Shown here piece after piece: positions 30,362-41,127 of a stretch of DNA of 64,000 nucleotides. The DNA comes from Candidatus Poribacteria bacterium (lineage in GTDB: Bacteria; Poribacteria; WGA-4E; WGA-3G). Each line of letters starts with the position of its first letter. Within the stretch, counting starts at the first letter, position 1. Location: positions 64,001-128,000 of the forward strand of contig OZ240248.1 in assembly GCA_965198235.1 (NCBI GenBank). The letters are read 5' to 3'. A program made the translations under genes and the position numbers. The notes beneath the pieces were generated by a model that was not told the origin of the DNA, searched no databases, and saw only the letters and a program-made list of their open reading frames with translations.

Positions 30362-30546
30362 CGTTCCACTTCGTTCCACGATGGTTTTGGGTGCGTTCTA
30401 ACACAATTAAGGATATGTACGTTTTTTAAGGAAATAGCATCTGGAGTCCGCTCTCACAAGCGTACACAGCACCAGTCGCGTTGCGATTTACCAAATATCG
30501 CTGTGGAACGTAGTGGAACAGCGTCCAGAGGCCCATAGTTAAAAAA
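30337..30546. repeat. Divergent pair of TTAAAAA-end hairpin elements (30337-30388 minus, 30493-30546 plus)
   Basis: CATCG TGGAACGAAGTGGAA CGATG..TTTAAAAA and CGCTG TGGAACGTAGTGGAA CAGCG..GTTAAAAAA. Confidence 0.75.
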
Positions 30547-30547
30547 T

Positions 30548-31168
30548 TTATCGATGTGCTGAGACAATAAACCCTGTTAATCCCACAAGCAACAGTTGGA
30601 AACCGGTTTGATAGAATAGCATCAAAAAAGGTTGACAGAGCGCGATTAAACCGAGCGCGATTAAGCCGACAGAAATTTGCTCACACAGGGTTTTCTGCGA
30701 AAAAACGATCGAGAAAACGATTACCCCGGGGAGAAGTAGGTGTAGGGCGGTGCTATTAAGTGATGGAAAGAAAGGCTGGTAAAGAAAAACGACACCGATG
30801 CAGGCACAGGCTGCTGAACCGATAGTCGCTGCTCGCTTCGCCGAGATCGTCATGCCAAACGCAATCGCACAGGCGAAAAGTACATGGAAAGCTGAACCAC
30901 GCAAGATTGAAGGAACAGGCAGACAGAGGAATCCGAGACTAATCGCTAAACCTATGCTGGAAATGATGGCAATTCGCCGTTTATTCTCGAAGGCAGTACC
31001 AGCGAGGATCGCAGCGATACTCAGCAACACCAGCGCGATACCTTTGAGCAAAACGGCATTTTGGGCGATGAGAGTTGGGACGAATGAGATACCCTCTACA
31101 TAGAGGAAGATCGTGCCGAGCACGAAGAACCCGATCGCAAGCAGTTGATTTCGTTTCTCTTTTGCCAT
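30548..31168 (-). CDS. Hypothetical multi-pass membrane protein
   Basis: About 8 hydrophobic segments with an internal repetitive pattern. Confidence 0.75.
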   Translation of the reverse strand: MAKEKRNQLLAIGFFVLGTIFLYVEGISFVPTLIAQNAVLLKGIALVLLSIAAILAGTAFENKRRIAIISSIGLAISLGFLCLPVPSILRGSAFHVLFACAIAFGMTISAKRAATIGSAACACIGVVFLYQPFFPSLNSTALHLLLPGVIVFSIVFSQKTLCEQISVGLIALGLIALCQPFLMLFYQTGFQLLLVGLTGFIVSAHR

Positions 31169-31221
31169 AGCGATTTTTCGATACCTGTGGGGTGGCACCT
31201 TTAGCCGCGTTTGCCCAGATA

Positions 31222-31686
31222 TCAATCTCCCCGTTTTAGTAAACGGGCTACCCAAGTTTTGGATTGTTCCGCAATTAGTTGACTTTTCAGTGCGTCAACT
31301 TCTGCGGACAAATTCCCTCTCTCAGTTTGGAAAACTCCAATTCTTTCCCGGAGTTGCTCATTTTCGGCGATAAGTGCTTGATTCTCTGCTTCCAATTTTT
31401 CACAAGTTTCCCTGAGATGCGTAATATGAAAGACCTGACAACTGAGGTTCTCAATAATATCATCCGTTGGGATATTATAGGTGAGTTTTTTTATCAGCAG
31501 TGCGAGACCATCAATCCTTAACTGAATCTGTGGCTTTGGACGATCTCCAGAATTTTCGGGTGGGGCAGAGACGACACGCAGATATGGTTCAATGTCCACA
31601 TCTCGCCGTTCTAATGTTCGGTTGATGATTTCTTCTTCCACACCTATTATTTCGGTGATTTTGGAAGGATTCAGATAGAGGTCCAT
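31222..31686 (-). CDS. Hypothetical coiled-coil protein
   Basis: Heptad region LEAENQALIAENEQL; amphipathic tail KTWVARLLKRGD. Confidence 0.7.
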   Translation of the reverse strand: MDLYLNPSKITEIIGVEEEIINRTLERRDVDIEPYLRVVSAPPENSGDRPKPQIQLRIDGLALLIKKLTYNIPTDDIIENLSCQVFHITHLRETCEKLEAENQALIAENEQLRERIGVFQTERGNLSAEVDALKSQLIAEQSKTWVARLLKRGD

Positions 31687-31886
31687 TCCGAAATTTCCCT
31701 AACATGTTTCTGCTACTAACTGAAGGTTGATACTATTGCTTCCTATAGAATGCACTTAAGGAAAGCATAACATATATCAAAACATCTGACAAATTAAAAT
31801 TTCGGTGTATCTCTGCGTGTGGCTTTGAAGCACTACGTAAGTGCTCCAACACAAGGGAGCTTGGTACGGGGTAAGAAACCCAGACG

Positions 31887-32624
31887 CTATGAAATCCCAT
31901 CCCAATATTCCCACATGTCATCAGGGGTTTCAAACTTAATCTCGTCGAGATCTCTTCGGCGGTACCTACTAATGCAGGCAATTCGGACGTTGCGACCACA
32001 GTTCGGACCAGCGGTGTGGCTCATCTGATGATGCCAGAAGCAGACATCGCCTGCTCCACCAGTGAATTCGTAACTCGGTCCTAAATCAAACGGTGCGATA
32101 CCCCCTGGGAGACTATCCAGGTCATGGTGCCTGAAGTACTCTGCCCAAATCCGATGGCTTTCTGGCCAGACAGTAAATCCGCCACCCTGTTTTTCAACCG
32201 TGCTAAGATAAACGGTAGCACCAAGCGTGAACGAACTAACGACACCTTTAGGCACACCGTTCGTAGGCGTGTGATAACCGTCAAGGTGTCCCATCGGTTC
32301 GTTCCATTTTCTGTCTGGATCTGGAAAATTGATATGCGGTCCCGCGCCACCGCCCGCGTGCAATTTGTCTTCACCGACGAGTTCCTCTGCCATAGCGAAG
32401 ACTCGGCTATTGTACGTCGTACCGCTGATAACATCTTCGCTACCAATGGGCACTGTGCGATAACCTTTGCGTATCCATGATTCCGGATCGTTTCTGTCTT
32501 CGTCCATTGCTTCCCAGAGTCTGTCAAGTGCAGCATCAATCGCTTCCGGCTCCAGCGCATCACGCACAACCAGATAACCGTTTTCTTTAAAGAATTCTTT
32601 GTCTTCCGCAGTTAAATGTCCCAT
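31887..32624 (-). CDS. Phytanoyl-CoA dioxygenase family protein
   Basis: FFKENGYLVV, GHLDG, GGFTVWPESH, AGDVCFWH..H. Confidence 0.9.
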   Translation of the reverse strand: MGHLTAEDKEFFKENGYLVVRDALEPEAIDAALDRLWEAMDEDRNDPESWIRKGYRTVPIGSEDVISGTTYNSRVFAMAEELVGEDKLHAGGGAGPHINFPDPDRKWNEPMGHLDGYHTPTNGVPKGVVSSFTLGATVYLSTVEKQGGGFTVWPESHRIWAEYFRHHDLDSLPGGIAPFDLGPSYEFTGGAGDVCFWHHQMSHTAGPNCGRNVRIACISRYRRRDLDEIKFETPDDMWEYWDGIS

Positions 32625-32972
32625 AGTTCTATTTTTCCTGTAATTTTCGTAATTTCCCGTTACGTTTGGAGACCGTTTATCCAGAATTGCGTTGACTTTA
32701 GCAAGTATTGCGCTTAGATATCTTAGGGGATTGCATGTCTCTCCTATCCTCCGGCAATCCAACGTATTAGAATGAACACTGCCGCTACACCAATGGCGAA
32801 TATGATGGTTTCGAACGGAAACTCTAAAAACTTTGACAATCTCGACCTTCGCCAATCAAATATTGATTGAAAAAACGCCTTCCAACGCATGGATTTATCT
32901 CCCGCGAAATTCAAACGACCAGGCGTTATAAAGTCGAGATGCTTGTACTACCTCGGATGGTATCAATTACCG

Positions 32973-34097
32973 CTACACGCGAACCTCAAACCCGTTTTCT
33001 TCCCTCGCTTTTTGGTAGGGTGCCTCATCCAAATTCAACCCAAAACCGGGACTTTGTGGGACGTTCACATAGCCATTTGATATGGAATACCCGGAGTCAT
33101 CTAAGCCAGGGGTGGTCGCATGATCCCATTCGACGAATTCAAACCGCTCCACCTTTGCAGCAAGGTGACACGATACATAATTCCCGTAATGCCCACCATA
33201 ATGATGGGGTGCTGTGCCGATGTTTGACGCATCTAACTCAGGACCGAGTTCAAGCCAGCGTGAGAAGCCAGGGTAGAAGATATCGTATTGGACAATATCA
33301 ATGAGTCCATCTTTTGCCCAGTCTACCAAATTCGGTGAAGCACCGCCTTCGCCATCAGCGATGCGGGTTTCTAAACCTTCGGCGTTTAGCCATTCTTTCA
33401 GCAGGCTATAAACCCGGGCATCCTCATGGAACGCCTCTTCCATCCAATAGACGTTTGCGTCTGCTGTTCCGCCCAGTACCTGTTTAGTGAGATTGAGATT
33501 GTAGCCGTTGTTTGCATCTATCAAAATCGATGCGTCAGGTCCCACTGCCTCACGTACAGCGTGGATAACATCAATGTCCCGTTGCGTTCCTTTGTCGAGT
33601 GGCATGTGCATCGCGCCGCGCCCTACTTTAATTTTGTAAGAATTATGTCCGCGTGCCTTTCCCTCTAATGCCTCAGACGCAATGAGCACCGCTGCTTCAG
33701 CATTGTCTTCAAGGTGCAAGTCGTCAATGTAAAGCGAAGTATCGTAACACGGGGCGCGAAACTCTCCGTTTTCTCCCGAAAGCATCGCGTAAACCGGTTT
33801 TTCCGCCAATTTTCCTACCAGATCCCAGAGTGGGTACTCTAACATTCTGAATTTTTCGGTGACACCGCGCTCTGCATCGAATGCATCACTGAGTTGAAAC
33901 CCAACAATCGCTTGCGCTTTTTCACGAGAAATCGGTGAAAATCCGAAGCCGCTCGCGCCATCTGTTGTTGTTATACGGGCAATAGCGGGACGGACGTGCA
34001 ACCCGTGTTCGCCGAGCCGCGAGTTGCAACCGGCTTTGCGGGGACGTTCACCTATCAAGCGTGCCCATTCAATCCGTTCGATTCTCACATTTTCCAC
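32973..34097 (-). CDS. Mandelate racemase/muconate lactonizing family enzyme
   Basis: LWDLVGK, KIKVGRG, ILIDANNG, WMEEAF, PGFG. Confidence 0.9.
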   Translation of the reverse strand: MENVRIERIEWARLIGERPRKAGCNSRLGEHGLHVRPAIARITTTDGASGFGFSPISREKAQAIVGFQLSDAFDAERGVTEKFRMLEYPLWDLVGKLAEKPVYAMLSGENGEFRAPCYDTSLYIDDLHLEDNAEAAVLIASEALEGKARGHNSYKIKVGRGAMHMPLDKGTQRDIDVIHAVREAVGPDASILIDANNGYNLNLTKQVLGGTADANVYWMEEAFHEDARVYSLLKEWLNAEGLETRIADGEGGASPNLVDWAKDGLIDIVQYDIFYPGFSRWLELGPELDASNIGTAPHHYGGHYGNYVSCHLAAKVERFEFVEWDHATTPGLDDSGYSISNGYVNVPQSPGFGLNLDEAPYQKAREENGFEVRV

Positions 34098-34221
34098 TCT
34101 TACCGACCTCCGTAGGTATAGATTCAGTAGTGCTATTTCATTTAAAAGGAGAAGTGCGATCCTATTGCCTTGTATAGGAAGCTGCGCCTTAAAAAATGGA
34201 TAATTCTGGTAGAATCAGCCG

Positions 34222-34731
34222 CTATAATTGCGTTTCAAGTAGTGTTAAACTTGTCGGATCCAAATGATGATAGTTCTCAATCTCGTAACGATTGCCATCG
34301 GCATCTTTAATAAGCACCCTCCCGTTTTCAAGACTGACGACATCGTATCGAGTGCGCATGTTGAAAGCGACGGGACCGCGGTTCGTTTCCACCACCCACC
34401 GTGTAACACCGAATTCTCCATCAAGTTCATGGATTTTGGTGATCTTCGGCATAAAATACCGCTTCTGCAGCTCCGACACGAGGGTTTCCACTGATTCTCG
34501 TGGTAACTCTTTGATGTCCTGAATAATGCCGATTTCCTCCCCTTCGCTATCCAGCAGCGTGATATATTTGTTAATATCAGTGAGCGGGAAGGATCGGACG
34601 GCTTCGACTTTTGTGTGGCGTGTACCATCAGGCAGTTTAACCGTGAGCTCTTCAAATGAATTTCGCGCAATTTTGACGTTGGGAGCATCAAGGAATTGCA
34701 CCTCATCGGTAATCCGGGTAGCTTCCTGCAT
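34222..34731 (-). CDS. DUF1854-like protein
   Basis: RSFPLT, RYFMPKI, WVVETNRG, IKDADGNRYEI. Confidence 0.8.
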   Translation of the reverse strand: MQEATRITDEVQFLDAPNVKIARNSFEELTVKLPDGTRHTKVEAVRSFPLTDINKYITLLDSEGEEIGIIQDIKELPRESVETLVSELQKRYFMPKITKIHELDGEFGVTRWVVETNRGPVAFNMRTRYDVVSLENGRVLIKDADGNRYEIENYHHLDPTSLTLLETQL

Positions 34732-34813
34732 AACGTGATTTCTCCTTCTTCTATAACAGGGAGGATGTAGTGCACACTTGGAAAGCGCGCACTATGAGAG
34801 TCTATTGTGTTGC

Positions 34814-37270
34814 CTACAAGGCACGAATCTTCGACAATTCCATCTGCTTTTCACACAAAACCGCATAAGTCCCGTCTTTGGCAAGAAGTTCCTCATGCGT
34901 ACCGATTTCGTCAACCTTTCCGTCTTTCAGCACAACCAGCCGGTCGGCATACTTGAGAGTGGAGAGTCGGTGTGCGATAGCAAATACAGTGCGACCGCGG
35001 ACAAGCCGTTCCAACGCTTCCTGAATGTTCGATTCGGTCTCTGTATCTACAGACGATGTCGCTTCGTCTAAGATGAGAATTCTCGGATTTTTCAGGATCG
35101 CGCGGGCGACAGAAATTCGCTGCCGTTCACCACCGGATACGCGAGCCCCACGTTCACCCACCATTGTATCGTAACCATCGGCGAATTTGATGATGAACTC
35201 ATGCGCATTTGCGGCTTTCGCTGCGGCGATAATCTCATGCCGGGAAGCACCCGGTTTCGAGTACCCAATATTCTCAGCTACTGTCCCTTGAAACAGGAAT
35301 GGATCTTGAAGTACGACACCTACCTGTTGTCGCAGGGCTTTCAGTTTAACATCGCGGGTGTCATATCCATCAATCTTTATTGAGCCTTCACTCGGATCGT
35401 AGAAGCGGGTAATCAGGTTAATAACAGTGCTTTTTCCTGCCCCACTATGTCCGACAAGTCCAATCATCTCACCCGCTTTCGCATGGAAACTGATACCGTT
35501 GATAGCATTCTTTTCTGTGTCGTAAGAGAAATAAACATCCTTGAATTCGACATCGCCTTTGATGTTTTCAAGGCTGATCGCATCTTCTCTATCCGCGACA
35601 CTTGGGGGTGTATCTATGATTTCAAACACCCGGTCCGCAGAAGTTGCGGCTCGGATGAACCTTTCATTCATCTGACAGAGCGTGTAGACGGGCCTGAAGA
35701 AACGTCCCATCAATGCCTGGAACATAAAGAGCTCGCCGAGCGTTAATAGCCCCTCAAAGATTTGTGAACCACCAATCAACCATATTAGGATAGAACCGGA
35801 AAAAATAATAAATTCCATGATCGGGCGGTACAACGTCCACAATTTCGCTGCATTCATTTCCCCATCGAACACCTGATATGTCTTTTCGTTAAATCGGTTT
35901 ACCTCATAGCGTTCGCGTGCGAAGGCTTTGACAACCCGCACGCCAGGGATGGTGCTTGCCAATATAGTACTAACATCGGCATACCGCTTCCATAGCACCG
36001 AAAACACCTTGCCCATCTTCTTCCCAAAAAAGATGGTGAAGAAAATGAGGCAGGGCACCGGAATCAGCGTCCATGCAGCCAGTTTCCAATTGGTGAGGAA
36101 CATAATGGCGCAGATGTTGACGAGCGTCAGCGAATCACCGATCAAGTCCTGTAATCCGTTCGCGATGAAATCTCTGAGCCTCCCTACGTCGTTTGTGATT
36201 CTTGACATCAGGTTCCCGGTATCACGCTGATTGTAAAAATCTAACGAGAGTGCGTTGAGGTGTTCGTATGTTTCGTTTCGAAGCCGGCGCGTAATATTTT
36301 GCCCCACCCACGCCATCATATAGCCACGCACAGCGGAAGCCCCCATGGCGAAAACGTTGAAGCTGACCATCAAAAGGACAATGGTGACGAGATGTCCCCA
36401 AGTTCCGGCGACTGGAAGTGTTAGCCAACCTGATATGCCCTCAACTATTCCGCCGAGAAGCCCCCACGTCGGCGGCGGAATTGGCTCGCCCGTCGCTGTT
36501 AACGTAGCTCCGCTCATGGTCCTTTCTGCTGGCACAAGGATATTATCAACCATCTCCTTGCTCAGAACAGCTGGGAGAAGCGAAACGAGTCGGATTACCA
36601 TCATCAATGCAAGCGCCGGAACGGCAACGTGGCAGAAGGGGTACGAATATCGAATGAGCCGGAAGATGAGTTTCCGTTTTTCAACACAATGAATACAAAC
36701 ACCCGACCAGCGTGGCAGCGGCTTTCCACATGTTTCGCACTTGTTTTTATTTTTTCCCCAACCTTGTGGACGATGTTGTTTCTCATGTTCTACATCCGGG
36801 TTCGCTTCCTGAACTAATGTTTCTAATTCAGGGGTTGCCAACTCAAACTTTGGCGAGACGCGGCGCGAGTAGCGGGCAAGCTCCATCGCGTCCTCGGATG
36901 TTCTGACCTTGAGAATATTGTTACCGTACATCTCAACGATCTCAACAGCCTCAACCGATGTAAGCGGGATTTCACGAAGTGCATGTTCCGGCGCACCGTT
37001 CTGGTTAAAAGCGATGAGCCGTTTATCAGTAGCGATTACCCAATCTTTGCCGTAGTTACCGTCAAACCGTAGGTCGGTTGAAACAGCAACTTTAATTTCC
37101 TCCCCATTTGCGAGTAGTGCCTGTGCCCGTTCTTCCAATTCTTCGGGCACTTCTTCCATTGTTGTTAACTCTTCGTCAGCTTGTGGCTCAGATGCGGAGT
37201 GTCCATTTGAAGGACGTTTCCGTAGAAAATCCCGTCTTACGTTGGATGATCTCGGCATTATTCCGCGCAT
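34814..37270 (-). CDS. ABC exporter (TMD+NBD) with N-terminal extension
   Basis: GHSGAGKST, VSGGERQR, ILILDEATS; N-terminal domain plus CETC..CIHC. Confidence 0.92.
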   Translation of the reverse strand: MRGIMPRSSNVRRDFLRKRPSNGHSASEPQADEELTTMEEVPEELEERAQALLANGEEIKVAVSTDLRFDGNYGKDWVIATDKRLIAFNQNGAPEHALREIPLTSVEAVEIVEMYGNNILKVRTSEDAMELARYSRRVSPKFELATPELETLVQEANPDVEHEKQHRPQGWGKNKNKCETCGKPLPRWSGVCIHCVEKRKLIFRLIRYSYPFCHVAVPALALMMVIRLVSLLPAVLSKEMVDNILVPAERTMSGATLTATGEPIPPPTWGLLGGIVEGISGWLTLPVAGTWGHLVTIVLLMVSFNVFAMGASAVRGYMMAWVGQNITRRLRNETYEHLNALSLDFYNQRDTGNLMSRITNDVGRLRDFIANGLQDLIGDSLTLVNICAIMFLTNWKLAAWTLIPVPCLIFFTIFFGKKMGKVFSVLWKRYADVSTILASTIPGVRVVKAFARERYEVNRFNEKTYQVFDGEMNAAKLWTLYRPIMEFIIFSGSILIWLIGGSQIFEGLLTLGELFMFQALMGRFFRPVYTLCQMNERFIRAATSADRVFEIIDTPPSVADREDAISLENIKGDVEFKDVYFSYDTEKNAINGISFHAKAGEMIGLVGHSGAGKSTVINLITRFYDPSEGSIKIDGYDTRDVKLKALRQQVGVVLQDPFLFQGTVAENIGYSKPGASRHEIIAAAKAANAHEFIIKFADGYDTMVGERGARVSGGERQRISVARAILKNPRILILDEATSSVDTETESNIQEALERLVRGRTVFAIAHRLSTLKYADRLVVLKDGKVDEIGTHEELLAKDGTYAVLCEKQMELSKIRAL

Positions 37271-37454
37271 AGATTAAAACCCCCAGAGATTTTATAAGGC
37301 ATGGCTTACCAGCCTGTGTTAAACAGTTAAGATACTTTATTTAACGTAGAAAATACAAAAAGGGTTAAATTAAAATGCAAAAAATTGACGAAAAGTATAG
37401 ATATACGTGAAATTAGCGGATTTTATCACCAATAATCTCAATTTATCGGTCAAT

Positions 37455-37871
37455 TTATGGGTTCGGTGGGGATGTACATATCAACACTTCCATAGACTCA
37501 TCACCTGTATTTTCGATGCCATGCTCACACCACGGTGGAAGATGAATGAATGTTCCTACTTCAACAGGCACCTTTTCACCGGCGAGGGTCATCACTCCTT
37601 TTCCTTTTAAAATCACGTAGCATTCCTCGGTATGATGGCTCCCCGGTTCAAGAACAACGTGTGGTGGCACAAAAAACACCACTAAGCCCAAATTTTGTGC
37701 GGGCGCGTTCGGATTGGCAGGATGCACAACACGTACACCGATACCATCGCAGCCCGAGTATTTGACAGGCACGCCGTCTTGAACCGTGACAACATTCGCT
37801 TGCACCTGATGTGCGGGTTTCGGAATAGGAGGTTCCCCTTGATACCCTTTGAACATAGTAATTTTTGCCAT
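37455..37871 (-). CDS. Cupin domain protein
   Basis: HHTEECYVILKG..PPWCEHGIENTG. Confidence 0.85.
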   Translation of the reverse strand: MAKITMFKGYQGEPPIPKPAHQVQANVVTVQDGVPVKYSGCDGIGVRVVHPANPNAPAQNLGLVVFFVPPHVVLEPGSHHTEECYVILKGKGVMTLAGEKVPVEVGTFIHLPPWCEHGIENTGDESMEVLICTSPPNP

Positions 37872-37915
37872 TTTTTTCTCCTTTGTCGTAAGTACTAAAG
37901 TTTGGACAATTTCCA

Positions 37916-38017
37916 GTAGGTTGGGTTGAGCGGAACATCAAAAAATAATGCCTTGTGACAAAGAGAACTTCGCTGTTTACAAGACCTGAACATTCCCAGA
38001 TGCCAGCGAAACCCAAC
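37916..38017 (+). repeat. Solo split GTAG-REP unit (102 bp)
   Basis: GTAGGTTGGGTTGAGCGG-~70 nt-AGCGAAACCCAAC. Confidence 0.65.
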
Positions 38018-38114
38018 TAAAGTTAACTCCCCTTTAATTCCATCGGGGGTAATATATCTATAGAAAAACGTATCGTCTGTAGGGGTAGGTCTTGTGCCTA
38101 CCCGCAGCACTGAT

Positions 38115-38933
38115 TTACCAGTCTCGCGTATAACCCGCCGTCCAGCCGCCGTCTACCGTGAGGATAGTCCCGTTGATGTAACTTGCATCTGGTGAGACGA
38201 GGAAGAGCACCGCTGCTGCGATTTCAGTCGTTTGCCCCGGTCTTCCAAGCGGAATATGCGATAGCAGACTCATGGCGTTTTCTGTGTACGCGCCGTCATC
38301 TCCGTAAAAAAGTGCCTTCGTGCCACGCGTCAAGGTGGAACCGGGGGCAACAGCATTTACCAGAATCCCTTCCGGTCCCAGTTCCAACGCCATTGAACGC
38401 GTCAGATTCGCAACACCCGCTTTCGCCGCAACGTAAGCACTCTGTAAGCGCAGCGGCACCAATCCAGCAATAGAACTGATGTTGACAATACGTCCAGTCG
38501 CGTTTTCGGAGCCAGACTTGCTGTGCGTATCCAAGATATGAGGGATAACAGCACGGCTCGTCGCAAAAACACCCGTGAGGTCTATTTCCAAGATCCGTTG
38601 CCAGTCCTCTAAGGTGTACTGATGAATCGGCACCCTATCACTGCGCGTGTTAATGCCGGCATTGTTTATCAAAATCTCAATTTTGCCAAAATGCGCCGTA
38701 ATCCGAGCCGCAACATCCTCCATTTGTGCTGCGTCTGAGACGTTGCCTTCCACAAACAGAGAGGTCCCCCCCATTTCTTTAACCTCTTCGACAGTTTTCA
38801 TGCCCGCCTGTGTGTCAATGTCAACAATTGCCACTTGTGCACCATTGCCAATCAGCGCGTCCACGGTAGAGCGACCGATGCCATTCGCACCCCCAGTAAC
38901 AACGGCTACCTTTCCCTCAAGTTCAACTTTCAT
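38115..38933 (-). CDS. SDR family oxidoreductase
   Basis: TGGANGIG, NNAG, YVAAK. Confidence 0.93.
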   Translation of the reverse strand: MKVELEGKVAVVTGGANGIGRSTVDALIGNGAQVAIVDIDTQAGMKTVEEVKEMGGTSLFVEGNVSDAAQMEDVAARITAHFGKIEILINNAGINTRSDRVPIHQYTLEDWQRILEIDLTGVFATSRAVIPHILDTHSKSGSENATGRIVNISSIAGLVPLRLQSAYVAAKAGVANLTRSMALELGPEGILVNAVAPGSTLTRGTKALFYGDDGAYTENAMSLLSHIPLGRPGQTTEIAAAVLFLVSPDASYINGTILTVDGGWTAGYTRDW

Positions 38934-39046
38934 CTGATTTCTCCTTTTCTGCCTCGGTTTTCTGTAGGACCGGTCTTCTGATAACGGTGTAGATAGTTAT
39001 AAGCCTCGCGATTCCTGAAATTTTCGGAAGCCTGCAATGCCATACG

Positions 39047-40717
39047 TTATATAGCAAGTTTTGGCTTGCGAGCTACGCCAAAAAATAGCAAGACAATTAA
39101 ACCCGTTCCACCGGCAATTCCAATCGCTGAGGAGATGCCGAACGCGGCAGGAAGATAGCCGCAAACTAAAGCGATGACCGCAACAGTGAGGCTATACGGC
39201 AGTTGTGTCCTCACGTGATGAAGCGGATCGCAGTTACTGGCGATGGAACTGAGGATTGTTGTATCTGAAAGTGGCGAGCAGTGGTCCCCGAAGATGGCAC
39301 CGTCTAACACCGCACCGAGGCAAATGATTGTTGTGAGTCCGTAACTCCCATTATCCAGCGAGAACGCCACTGGGATCGCTGTGGGAATCAGGATCGCCAT
39401 CGTGCCCCAACTTGTCCCAGTTGCAAAAGAGGTAACGGAGGCGCAGATAAAAACGAAGACCGGAAACCAGAGTGGCGACACAATATCGCTGAGCATCGTT
39501 GCGAGGAATTGACCCGTCATCAGTCTATCGCAACTCGCTTTTAACCCCCACGCCAATAACAGAATACTCAACGGCGTGAGGCTTCCCTTCACACCGCTCC
39601 AAACAACCGGGACGATGTCCGAGAATTGCAGTTTTGAGAGCCAGCGTGCACAAACAATTGAGACAATAAAGGCACTCGCTGCCGCACAGGCAAGAATCTT
39701 GACATTATCTGCCTTTGAAAGAGCATCTCGCCATGCAGTTAGGGAGAAAATAAACCCTGTCCCCTCACCATCTATCCAGAAACCCCCCAACAGCAATCCG
39801 AAAAGCGTTAAGAGCGGTAAAACCGCTGAAAATGGTTGTGTGACAGCATTGGGTAGACTGGTGAAAGATGAAGTGTGTCCAAGTGCTTTAGCATCCGGGG
39901 CGGCGATGTCTCCTGTCTCCCGTGCACGCCTTTCTGCCTTGTGCATCGCGCCGTAATCTCTGCCGCTGAGAGCATTGACAATGACGAAAATAATCGTCAG
40001 GATACAGTAGAACCGAAAGCTGAGAGCATCAAAGAACATGGAATACCCGTCACGTTCGAGACCGATTGTTTTGGCGATATCTTCAAAGAGACCCACTTCA
40101 TAACCGATCCAAGTGCTGACGAACGCAAGACCCGCAATCGGCGCACTCGTGGAATCCACAAGAAATGCCAATTTCTCACGACTGACGCGATGATGATCGG
40201 TGAGTGGACGCATCGTGGGACCCACAAGCATAGCGTTGGAGTAATCCCCGATGAAGATGACGATCCCCATCAAACCCGTGATAAATTGGGCTGAACGGGG
40301 TCCCTTGGCAAACTGAGAAAGCCATACAACAACGCCACCAATACCACCAGACGCTACCACAACGGAGATCGTCGCCATGATGAGGCACACAAACAGGACA
40401 ACCCAAAAATTGAAAAGGTCCACACCGTCATTTCCAATGCTCACGGCACGTACAAACCAAACGGTTTCCGTCAAAAAACCGATTGGGGTGGTACTTTGCT
40501 GATACCACGAGAGGACAATCCCCACACCTACCGCTATGCTGAGACTTGGAAGCAGGCGCGTTGTTAGAATAGCTAACGTAACGGCAAGCAACGGCGGAAT
40601 TACGCTGTACCACACAAGGGTTTCCGCATCGCTCACCTGTTCTGCTCGCCACCTAAGAGCAAGACTGATGACCAAAAATATTAAAAAACCGATAACATAT
40701 TTCAATTTAGAATTCAT
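39047..40717 (-). CDS. Na+/H+ antiporter NhaC-family membrane protein
   Basis: SREKLAFLVDSTSAP, ATGTSWGT, GDHCSPLSDTT; start uncertain. Confidence 0.88.
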   Translation of the reverse strand: MNSKLKYVIGFLIFLVISLALRWRAEQVSDAETLVWYSVIPPLLAVTLAILTTRLLPSLSIAVGVGIVLSWYQQSTTPIGFLTETVWFVRAVSIGNDGVDLFNFWVVLFVCLIMATISVVVASGGIGGVVVWLSQFAKGPRSAQFITGLMGIVIFIGDYSNAMLVGPTMRPLTDHHRVSREKLAFLVDSTSAPIAGLAFVSTWIGYEVGLFEDIAKTIGLERDGYSMFFDALSFRFYCILTIIFVIVNALSGRDYGAMHKAERRARETGDIAAPDAKALGHTSSFTSLPNAVTQPFSAVLPLLTLFGLLLGGFWIDGEGTGFIFSLTAWRDALSKADNVKILACAAASAFIVSIVCARWLSKLQFSDIVPVVWSGVKGSLTPLSILLLAWGLKASCDRLMTGQFLATMLSDIVSPLWFPVFVFICASVTSFATGTSWGTMAILIPTAIPVAFSLDNGSYGLTTIICLGAVLDGAIFGDHCSPLSDTTILSSIASNCDPLHHVRTQLPYSLTVAVIALVCGYLPAAFGISSAIGIAGGTGLIVLLFFGVARKPKLAI

Positions 40718-41127
40718 CAGCGTCCTCAGCATATCCGCTTTGGATTCGTAAGACTTACTTATTCCCCTTATGTGCATGATAGCAACTTTTGGTGCAGCTT
40801 GCAACCTAAAACTTATCGGATTTTACTATAAAAAACCTAATGTGCCTTCTTTCAAAAAGTTGCGCTGTCTTTCACAATTTCAAGCAATTTTGCCAACTTT
40901 TAGATGAGATCGCAGATTTTTCATTTTTTTTCGGAACTATGCACGATTTCCATCTAAAAACTGGCCTAGCGCGTAGGTTGAGTTGTAAAAGAGCAAATTT
41001 TGTATGAATACGGACATTTTTTGAAAAAAAAAGACTTATTGTGTCGGAATTCACCCCAAATTTGCGTGATTTATATATGAAGGCAATCAAAAGATTACTT
41101 GCGAAAGGATGAGTCAGCAATTGAAAG

